Source of the DNA: Chloroflexota bacterium | Lineage (GTDB): Bacteria; Chloroflexota; Dehalococcoidia; Tepidiformales; Tepidiformaceae | Assembly (NCBI GenBank): GCA_021823905.1 | Contig: JAKALX010000001.1 | Span: 1 to 42,768, forward strand | DNA: 42,768 nucleotides | Direction: 5' to 3' | Shown here: positions 35,831 through 42,656 of the stretch, in pieces | Position numbering within the stretch: the first letter of the stretch is position 1 | How the letters are laid out: every line of letters begins with the position of its first letter | The notes under the pieces: model-generated | The model's database searches: none | What the model was told of the DNA's origin: nothing | What the model saw: only the letters and a program-made list of their open reading frames with translations | Translations under genes and position numbers: made by a program

Positions 35831-36866
35831 AGGCAAACGTGTCCTGGTCACCGGCGGTACCGGCTCGCTCGGGCAACAGGTGGTGCGCCGGCTCCTCGCC
35901 GGGGAGATGGGAACGCCGACGCGGGTCACCGTGTTCTCGCGCGACGAGGCGAAGCAGCACTACATGCGCCTTTCATACCTGCACCGTGAAGCCGCGACCG
36001 ACGAGGTCATCTATCGGAACTTCAAAGAGATCCTGAGCTTTCGGATCGGGGACATGCGCGACTTCGAGACCGTCGCGCACTCGGTGCGCGAGGCCGACGT
36101 CGTCATCCACGCGGCGGCGCTGAAGCAGGTCCCCACCTGCGAGTATTTCCCGTTCGAGGCCGTGAAGACCAACGTCGGCGGCGCGCACAACCTGGTGCGG
36201 GCGGTGAAGGAGAGCCCCGCGCCCCCGGAGGTTGTCGTCGGCATCTCGACCGACAAGGCGTGCAAGCCGATCAACGTCATGGGCATGACCAAGGCCGTCA
36301 TGGAGCGGATCCTGGTGGAGGCCAACCTCGGCTTCCCGCAGACGCGCTTCGCCTGCGTGCGCTACGGCAACGTCATCGCGTCGCGCGGCTCGGTCGTGCC
36401 TCTGTTCCTGGACCAGATCGCTCACGGCGGCCCGGTCACGGTGACGATGAAGGAGATGACGCGGTTTCTGCTGAGTCTGGACCGGGCGGTGGACACGGTG
36501 CTCGCCGCGATCCGCACTGCGCAGCCCGGGGAGACCTACATTCCCCGGGTGCCGTCGGCCCGCGTGGTGGACGTGGCTGAGGCGCTCATCGCCGGCCGCG
36601 AGATCCCGATCGCCTTCACGGGGATCCGGCCCGGGGAGAAGGTCCACGAGATCATGGTCTCCGAGGAGGAGTGCTACCGCACCGCCGAGCGCGACGGGTA
36701 CTACGTCATCGGCTCGATGCTGCCGGAGGTGGTCGGCGCGCCGGTGGAGGAGCCGGCGCTCGCAGGGGAGTACTCGTCATCCGTCGTCACGCTCGACCGC
36801 GCAGGACTGGAAGGGCTGCTGGCGCCGTTTCTTGCCGGGCGTCTGGAAGGGAGCGTGCAGGCATGA
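35820..36866 (+). CDS. UDP-N-acetylglucosamine 4,6-dehydratase (5-inverting), CapE/FnlA/WbjB/WbvB type
   Basis: It reads VLVTGGTGSLG...FSRDEAKQ...HAAALKQVPTCEYFPFEAVKTNVGG...STDKACKPINVMGMTKAVME. Met replaces the SDR catalytic Tyr, as described for CapE. RYGNVIASRGSVVPLF is also present. Confidence 0.9.
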   Translation: MSLEGKRVLVTGGTGSLGQQVVRRLLAGEMGTPTRVTVFSRDEAKQHYMRLSYLHREAATDEVIYRNFKEILSFRIGDMRDFETVAHSVREADVVIHAAALKQVPTCEYFPFEAVKTNVGGAHNLVRAVKESPAPPEVVVGISTDKACKPINVMGMTKAVMERILVEANLGFPQTRFACVRYGNVIASRGSVVPLFLDQIAHGGPVTVTMKEMTRFLLSLDRAVDTVLAAIRTAQPGETYIPRVPSARVVDVAEALIAGREIPIAFTGIRPGEKVHEIMVSEEECYRTAERDGYYVIGSMLPEVVGAPVEEPALAGEYSSSVVTLDRAGLEGLLAPFLAGRLEGSVQA

Positions 36867-37966
36867 AGATCGCCACCGTGTTCGGCACGCGGCCCGAGAT
36901 CATCCGCCTGAGCCGGACGATTCGCGCACTCGACGGCGCCTGCGAGCACGTGCTGGTCAACACGGGCCAGAACTACGACCCGGACCTGTCCGACGTGTTT
37001 TTCGAGCAGCTCGCGGTGCGCCGGCCGGACGTCGAACTCGGCGTGCGCTCGAGCGCGTTCCCGGAGCAACTCGGCCAGATCCTCGCCGGCGCTGCTGCGG
37101 TCTTCGAGAGGGAGAAGCCCGACCGGGTGCTGGTCCTCGGCGACACGAACAGCGGACTTTCCGCCATCGTCGCGGCCCGAATGGGCATCCCGGTCTACCA
37201 CATGGAGGCCGGCAACCGATGTTTCGACGACCGCGTGCCGGAGGAGGTCAACCGCAGGATCATCGACCACTGCAGCGCGGTGCTGATGCCCTACACCCAC
37301 CGGAGCAAGGAGAACCTCCTGGGCGAGGGCGTCGAACGGCGGCGCATCTTCGTGACCGGCAACCCGATCTTCGAGGTGCTGCAGGCGCACGCGGCGCAAA
37401 TCGGAGGCAGCGGCGCACTGAGCGACCTCGGCCTGAGGGAAGGCGAGTACTTCCTCGCCACGATCCACCGGGCGGAGAACGTGGACGACCCGGCACGGCT
37501 CGCCGGCCTGCTGGGCGGCCTGGAGAGGGTAGCCGAGAACTTTCGCCAGCCGGTGGTCGTGAGTCTCCACCCGCGAACTGCGGACAGGCTGGCGAGGAGC
37601 AGGCTGGCGAGGAGCAGGCTGGCGGCGGTCTCCGACCTGGTGCGCCTGGCGCGGCCGTTCGGTTTCTTCGCCTTCGTCAAGCTCGAGAAGCACGCACGCT
37701 GCGTGCTCACCGACAGCGGCACCGTGCAGGAGGAGTGCTGCATCTTCGGCGTCCCGAACGTGACCTTGCGCGACGTGACCGAGCGGGCGGAGACCATCGA
37801 GGTGGGGAGCAACATCCTCACCGGCGCGGACCCCGACGCGATCCTGCGCGCGGTCAAGCTGGTGGTGGATCGGCGGGGCGCCTGGACGCCTCCGCCGGAG
37901 TACCTCGAGCCCGCGGTATCGTCCACGGTGGCCAACATCCTGCTCGGCTTCACGCTCGGGTGTTGA
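36863..37966 (+). CDS. UDP-N-acetylhexosamine 2-epimerase (non-hydrolysing), WecB/FnlC/WbvD family
   Basis: The start ATG at 36863 overlaps the upstream stop (ATGA). It has MKIATVFGTRPEIIRLS, VLGDTNS, EAGNRCFD, PEEVNRRIIDH, DSGTVQEE. Confidence 0.9.
   Translation: MKIATVFGTRPEIIRLSRTIRALDGACEHVLVNTGQNYDPDLSDVFFEQLAVRRPDVELGVRSSAFPEQLGQILAGAAAVFEREKPDRVLVLGDTNSGLSAIVAARMGIPVYHMEAGNRCFDDRVPEEVNRRIIDHCSAVLMPYTHRSKENLLGEGVERRRIFVTGNPIFEVLQAHAAQIGGSGALSDLGLREGEYFLATIHRAENVDDPARLAGLLGGLERVAENFRQPVVVSLHPRTADRLARSRLARSRLAAVSDLVRLARPFGFFAFVKLEKHARCVLTDSGTVQEECCIFGVPNVTLRDVTERAETIEVGSNILTGADPDAILRAVKLVVDRRGAWTPPPEYLEPAVSSTVANILLGFTLGC
37585..37625 (+). repeat. In-frame 15-bp tandem repeat (about 2.7 copies) inside the 2-epimerase gene
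   Basis: caggctggcgaggag occurs at 37585-37599 and 37600-37614, followed by a partial copy caggctggcgg at 37615-37625. It encodes RLARS-RLARS-RLA. Confidence 0.9.
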
Positions 37967-37999
37967 GCACCTCCATCCCGCCACGATGACCACCACACG

Positions 38000-39229
38000 A
38001 TGCGCGTCCTGATCCTCTCGCAGTACTACAAGCCCGAGCCGATATTCAAGCCATCGGAACTCGCGATAGCTCTACATCAGCGCGGGCACCAGGTATGGGT
38101 CTTGACTGGGTTCCCCAACTACCCAAGTGGGAAGCTGGACCCAAGGTACCGTCTTCGCCTCCTGCACAAGGAAGAGTTGGATGGTATTCCTGTAACCCGG
38201 GCCTTCGAGTTTCCGTACCACGGCAAGAGCGTCGCTCTCCGAATAGCCAACTACGCCTCGGTGATGCTTTCGACACCGCCTGGAAGCCTTTCGATCCCGC
38301 GATGTGACGTGGCCTATGTTTACCATCCACCGCTTTCAATTGGCGTTTCTGCGTGGCTCGTGAAGCTGCTCAGGGGCACTCCCTTCGTTTACGACGTCCT
38401 CGATATCTGGCCCGAGAGCGCAGTTGCCTCAGGTCTCCTGAGGAAAGGGCTGTTCGTGTCCGCGATGGCGATGTTGGAGAAGTTTGTGTATCGGCGAGCG
38501 GGGCACATTCTTGTACCCACTGACGATGGCAGGGACAACTTGATCGCCAAGGGCGTACCTCGCTCGCGTGTCAGTGTTGTGCCTCAGTGGGTGGATGAAA
38601 CCTTGTTCGTCCGGACGAGTTCCGCGAATCGGAACGCCGTTCGCGAGAGCCTGGGTTGGTCGGGCAGGTTCGTGGTGCTGTTCGCCGGGAACATTGGCCT
38701 GGTCCAGGGACTGGAGACGGTCCTCAAGGCCGCCAGGGAACTGACCGATGCGCCTACGGTGCTCATCGTCTTGATGGGAGACGGTAGTGATAAGACGAGG
38801 CTGGTTGAGATGGCCACGGCCATGGGGTTGGGGTCGAACATCGAGTTCATCGGGCACCAACCGGTGGAGCGAATGCCCGAGTATATGGGGGCGGCGGACG
38901 TCCTCCTGGCTCACCTCCAGGCTTCCCAGCTGTGCAAATTTGTGATCCCTCTAAAGATTCTTGCATACCTGGCTGTTGGGAGGCCCATCCTGATGGCGGT
39001 GGGTGGCGCTGCGGCCCAGGTGGCCGACGAAGCCGGCGCTGGCATCACCGTGCCGTCCGAGAATCCCATGCGGCTCGCTGAAGCCGTGCGATACCTGCAA
39101 GCCTTGTCGCCTGAGCGTTTGGAGGAGATGGGCAATAGGGGCCGGTTGTTCTTTCGCGACCACTACGCGCGAGCCAAGGTTGTGGAGAGGTACATAGAAA
39201 TCCTACAGGGGACGGCGACCCAACGATGA
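38000..39229 (+). CDS. wbuB: Family 4 glycosyltransferase, WbuB-like (L-FucNAc/L-QuiNAc/L-RhaNAc transferase type)
   Basis: MRVLILSQYYKPEPIFKPSELAIALHQRGHQVWVLTGFPNYPSGK is the characteristic WbuB-type N-terminus. The gene lies directly after the dehydratase/reductase/2-epimerase trio. Confidence 0.8.
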   Translation: MRVLILSQYYKPEPIFKPSELAIALHQRGHQVWVLTGFPNYPSGKLDPRYRLRLLHKEELDGIPVTRAFEFPYHGKSVALRIANYASVMLSTPPGSLSIPRCDVAYVYHPPLSIGVSAWLVKLLRGTPFVYDVLDIWPESAVASGLLRKGLFVSAMAMLEKFVYRRAGHILVPTDDGRDNLIAKGVPRSRVSVVPQWVDETLFVRTSSANRNAVRESLGWSGRFVVLFAGNIGLVQGLETVLKAARELTDAPTVLIVLMGDGSDKTRLVEMATAMGLGSNIEFIGHQPVERMPEYMGAADVLLAHLQASQLCKFVIPLKILAYLAVGRPILMAVGGAAAQVADEAGAGITVPSENPMRLAEAVRYLQALSPERLEEMGNRGRLFFRDHYARAKVVERYIEILQGTATQR

Positions 39230-39319
39230 CTCGCAAGATCGCTGCGTGGCAGAAGCCGGCATTGTGGAGCAGGGGTGGGGACTTGCTTTTGATGGGACTC
39301 CGCGCACTCCGGATGGACG

Positions 39320-40321
39320 ATGGAAGATAAACTTGTGTTGGTGACCGGTGCAACCGGTGCGCTTGGCCCAAGGGTTGTTCAGGCGTTTTCTGCCGTCGGG
39401 TACCGTGTGCGGACCCTGTCCTCGGGCCGGCCCACCCCAGGTTTGTTTCCAAGCTCGATTGAGGTGGTGACTGGAGACGTCACCAATCAGGAGGCGGTTG
39501 CAGCGGCCACGACCGGGTGTGACGTTGTGGTCCACCTGGCAGCACGCCTTCACATCGTAGATCCCCCCCCGGCGGTTCGTGAGGAATACGAGCGGATCAA
39601 CGTTTTGGGCACCGCCTCGGTGGTCTCTGCCGCGATCGCCCTGGGTGTCAGACGGGTCGTTTACTTCAGCACGGTGGCTGTATACGGGCCGGCAGGCGGG
39701 CGGCTCCTCACAGAAACCCTTCCGCTCAACCCCGATACGCTGTACGGCGAGACCAAACTGGCGGCCGAACGATTGGTCCTGGCCGCCCGCGGCCTGGACG
39801 GGTCGGCGATTGGCACAGCGCTCCGTTTCGGGGCTGTTTACGGCCCACGCCTGAGGGGGAACTACAGACGCCTGCTCTTTGCCTTGAGGGACCGGCGATT
39901 TGTGGGTCTCGGTTCGGGCAGCAACCGGAGGCCTTTGATTTATGACGCGGATGCGGCCAGGGCCACAATTGTCGCAACGGAGCATTCCACTGCCCCGGGA
40001 CAAGTGTTCAACGTAACAGATGGTGCGTTTCACAGTGTTAAGGAGATCGTTTCGGCGATGTGTCTTGCACTTGGTCGGCGACCACCCCGTTTCTCGGTAC
40101 CAGCCGCTCCGGTACGCCTCGCCGTCGGCCTCATGGAAGGGGTGGCCCGGATAATCCACGTCAAGCCACCGATTACACAATCCGCGATTGACAAGTTTAC
40201 GGAAAATGTGGCCGTCGATGGAGGGCGGTTTCAGCGCCAGCTCGGATTTCGCGCGGGCTATGATCTCGAGACCGGCTGGAAGGAAACCGTGGCGGAGATG
40301 CGAAGGACGGGCGAGCTGTGA
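39320..40321 (+). CDS. NAD-dependent epimerase/dehydratase-family SDR (WbpK/WbpV-like)
   Basis: It has LVLVTGATGALG and the YGETKLAAE YxxxK motif, with a length of 333 aa. Confidence 0.8.
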   Translation: MEDKLVLVTGATGALGPRVVQAFSAVGYRVRTLSSGRPTPGLFPSSIEVVTGDVTNQEAVAAATTGCDVVVHLAARLHIVDPPPAVREEYERINVLGTASVVSAAIALGVRRVVYFSTVAVYGPAGGRLLTETLPLNPDTLYGETKLAAERLVLAARGLDGSAIGTALRFGAVYGPRLRGNYRRLLFALRDRRFVGLGSGSNRRPLIYDADAARATIVATEHSTAPGQVFNVTDGAFHSVKEIVSAMCLALGRRPPRFSVPAAPVRLAVGLMEGVARIIHVKPPITQSAIDKFTENVAVDGGRFQRQLGFRAGYDLETGWKETVAEMRRTGEL

Positions 40322-40657
40322 GAGCAGGTTGTCCGCGCCTGCGAGCGCTACGGCGGTTTCGCGCCAATGAAACCTCCTGCCATAGCGCCGTCGTGTGTTG
40401 GGAGACCCCTGTCACTGCGAGGAGCGGAGCGGTGAAGAAGTCTCGAGGTCACGTGAGGGCGGCCGGGAACCGGGTGGGACCGAGGTCGCTTCCCCGACCG
40501 CCACGCGGGCGCGGTGCGCTGGCTCGCGGCAGGCTCTGTCGATTTGCTCCTCCTCGGGGTAGGCTCTGTCCCGCGTGCGACGGGACCCTCGCGATGACAG
40601 TAATTCGTCCATGAAAAACAGTGGGTCGATCTCAGCGGGTGCCAAGGGCACGTTTGT

Positions 40658-40828
40658 ATGACTGCACCGATCGATTGCTCGGTCGTCGTGCTGACCCTCA
40701 ACGAGGAGGCCAACATCGGCCGGCTCCTCGAGTCCCTCGAGGGTTGGGTCGCAGCGATCTTCGTCGTGGACTCCGGCAGCACGGACGGGACGCTCGAGGT
40801 CGCCCGGCGCTTTAGGATCTATCCATAA
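40658..40828 (+). pseudogene. N-terminal stub (about 52 native codons) of a family 2 glycosyltransferase, truncated at the IS5-family element
   Basis: This ORF is too short for the supplied track; I read it myself. It translates as MTAPIDCSVVVLTLNEEANIGRLLESLEGWVAAIFVVDSGSTDGTLEVARRF, then runs into the IS end (from 40815) and stops at TAA 40826-28. Confidence 0.65.
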
Positions 40829-41238
40829 ATAGGGATGGCCTTGCGAAAGCAAATGATGGCAGCCGCGAGATGGACGAGAGCCAGGTAGCTGTCGTGGAGC
40901 TTTTCGAAGCGCACGAGGAGCTTGCGGAAGCGGTTGAACCAACTGTGCGCCGCCTCGACGACCCAGCGGCGGTGCTTGGGCGGCCGACCGCGACGGGCCT
41001 TGCCCTTCTGGCGGATGCGAGGGTGGTAGCCCCGCTTCGTCACGGCATCAAGCGCCGGCTGGCCAGAGTAGCCGCGGTCGCCGAGCAGGTGCATCCGGCG
41101 GTGGCGTCGCGGTCGGCACACGACGGTGTCCAGGAGCGTCTCCAGTTGCGTGACATCATTCCGGTTGGCCCCGGTGACGCAGATCGACAGCGGGACCCCA
41201 CGCCCGTCGACCAGGATGTGCCGCTTGCTTCCATTTTT
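40819..41238 (-). CDS. IS5-family transposase, DDE part (orfB, +1 frame relative to orfA)
   Basis: Read by eye from the A7 run, the frame gives KNGSKRHILVDGRGVPLSICVTGANRNDVTQLETLLD...LLGDRGYSG...RWVVEAAHSWFNRFRKLLVRFEK. The ATG at 41121 used by the ORF track is internal. Confidence 0.8.
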   Translation of the reverse strand, partial: KNGSKRHILVDGRGVPLSICVTGANRNDVTQLETLLDTVVCRPRRHRRMHLLGDRGYSGQPALDAVTKRGYHPRIRQKGKARRGRPPKHRRWVVEAAHSWFNRFRKLLVRFEKLHDSYLALVHLAAAIICFRKAIPIYG

Positions 41239-41647
41239 TTCCCCGGTCCGTCGGGTTCGGTCCCACGGACTCTTGGGCGAGCGGCGCCTTCAACATCGTT
41301 CCGTCCACGCTTTGCCATCGCCAGGCAATGCCCTCCATGTCGTCGTACTCCGCCAGTCCAGCCCGCCACAGCGCGAGGAAGAACCCTTCGTTCAGCCACG
41401 TCCGGAAATAGCGGTGCACCGAGCTGGCACTGCCGAACCGCTCCTTGGGCAGCGACTTCCACTGACAGCCCGTCCGCAGGACGAACACGATGGCCTCGAA
41501 AACCCGCCGCGGGTCCATCGCCTTGCGTCCGGCCCCAGGCTTGCGTTGGTACTGGCGACCTCGCTGGCGAACGGCTCGCGGCGGGATCAGCGGCGCGACC
41601 CGTTCCCAGAACACATCCGAAACCTCCCAGGATCTTGCTCGTGGCAT
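41156..41647 (-). CDS. IS5-family transposase, N-terminal part (orfA, DUF4096-like)
   Basis: It contains SDVFWERVAPLIPP, RRVFEAIVFVLRTGCQWKSLPKERFGSASSVHRYFRTW and NPTDRGKK. An A7 run lies at 41234-41240 (minus strand). Confidence 0.85.
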   Translation of the reverse strand: MPRARSWEVSDVFWERVAPLIPPRAVRQRGRQYQRKPGAGRKAMDPRRVFEAIVFVLRTGCQWKSLPKERFGSASSVHRYFRTWLNEGFFLALWRAGLAEYDDMEGIAWRWQSVDGTMLKAPLAQESVGPNPTDRGKKWKQAAHPGRRAWGPAVDLRHRGQPE

Positions 41648-41716
41648 GCGTATCCTCCTGGGACAAATCTAGGTCATGGACACCTCTACGTCAATCTATT
41701 TACGGATACGCCCTAA

Positions 41717-41949
41717 GTGTACTTGAGCGGCGACTCCCTGCCGGCCACAGCCCGGGCGGTGGTCCTACGGGGCCACCTTCCAGTGTACTTGAGCGGCGAC
41801 TCCCTGCCGGCCACAGCCCACTCGCCCGAGTGGCGCAGGCTGCGCGCAGTGTACTTGAGCGGCGACTCCCTGCCGGCCACAGCTAGGGCATCATCCCCAG
41901 CTCCGCAGGTGCAAGTGTACTTGAGCGGCGACTCCCTGCCGGCCACAGC
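41717..41949. CRISPR. Small CRISPR array: 4 identical 35-bp repeats (36 bp if the conserved preceding A is included) and 3 unique spacers
   Basis: The repeat GTGTACTTGAGCGGCGACTCCCTGCCGGCCACAGC occurs at 41717, 41783, 41849 and 41915, an exact 66-bp period. The 31-bp (or 30-bp) spacers are unrelated to each other. There are no cas genes in the window. Confidence 0.8.
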
Positions 41950-42019
41950 CTTCGATGCCGCTGAGCACCCTTCCCCCAGCGGCTATGTAGAGTTGCTTGC
42001 GGGAGGGAAGGCTACGACC

Positions 42020-42556
42020 GTGCCAACGCGACGCCGCAAGAACAAGAAGAAGATCGACCCGTTTGACCAGCACGTCTGGCACTACCTGACCGTTCTCGAG
42101 TGGCATGCATCGTACAGCGGGCCGACGTGGGAGAAGCGCAAAGAGCCCTACACGGATTGGCGCGACAACAAGGAGAAGATCCGCATCGAGTACGACCTCA
42201 AGTACGAGGACGACCTCTCGCTCGAGATGTTGGTCGGGGCTCACCGGGAGCCCCTCCGGGTGCGCAAGCGGGAGTTCACGAGGTTCGAGTTCTGCATCTA
42301 CAGCTGCACCGACGTCGGTGGCGGGCTGTTCCAGCTTTGCCCCGACGGCGAGCTGCGCGGCTGGGCGCGCTACCCGATCGCCGGCGTCCAGGCGCTCCTT
42401 ACGCTTCTCAGCGCCGGACGGGCCGTCAAGCTGGCTGTTCATGCTTCTGAGTTCTGGCGAGGCCAGGCGCGAATTCACACCAACGGCGGCTGGTGCACGG
42501 CCGGCCATCCGAGCCTGGAAGAGGGAGAACCCCCAGAGGAAGTCACACAGGGGTAG
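42020..42556 (+). CDS. Hypothetical protein (178 aa)
   Basis: The proposed GTG start at 42020 lies about 10 nt after GGGAGGGA. It is in frame with track ORF 41717..42556, whose upstream part is CRISPR repeat translation. The N-terminus is basic (PTRRRKNKKK). I recognise no motif. Confidence 0.45.
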   Translation: MPTRRRKNKKKIDPFDQHVWHYLTVLEWHASYSGPTWEKRKEPYTDWRDNKEKIRIEYDLKYEDDLSLEMLVGAHREPLRVRKREFTRFEFCIYSCTDVGGGLFQLCPDGELRGWARYPIAGVQALLTLLSAGRAVKLAVHASEFWRGQARIHTNGGWCTAGHPSLEEGEPPEEVTQG

Positions 42557-42656
42557 GTGGTGCGGCGGTACGACCCAGGTACGACCCAGCCTCTGACCGA
42601 GACTTGTCTCAACTAGAAACCGGGTCGGAAGTTGTTGCGGGTTACTATCTTGCGAT

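Larger units (their letters stand above)
40815..41713 (-). mobile_element. IS5-family insertion sequence (IS427-like, about 0.9 kb)
   Basis: It carries a two-part DDE transposase. The terminal inverted repeats match at 14/18 positions (left ggatctatccataaatag from 40815; right end reverse complement gggcgtatccgtaaatag to 41713). TA dinucleotides flank it at 40813-14 and 41714-15. Confidence 0.8.

Noticed and set aside
40870-41886. A 338-aa plus-strand ORF and a 208-aa minus-strand ORF (41040-41666) run across the IS5 element.
   Set aside because: One is antisense to, and the other out of frame with, the clearly recognisable transposase. The plus ORF also runs through CRISPR repeats.
41954-41968. 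gatgccgctgagcac lies right after the last repeat. It is a degenerate inverted copy of the repeat 5' end (reverse complement gtgctcagcggcatc versus gtgtacttgagcggcgac) and could be a tracrRNA-like anti-repeat.
   Set aside because: Only about 11 of 15 positions match, a 3-nt gap is needed, and the shared core is GC-rich (AGCGGC). This is too weak to call without a cas9 context or RNA data.
41713-42019. The N-terminal 100 codons of track ORF 41717-42556 (repeating YLSGDSLPATA) and the minus ORF 41713-41946 (repeating AGRESPLKYT) look like repeat proteins.
   Set aside because: The periodic peptides are simply the translated 66-bp CRISPR repeat period. Only the part after the array (from about 42020) could be a gene.
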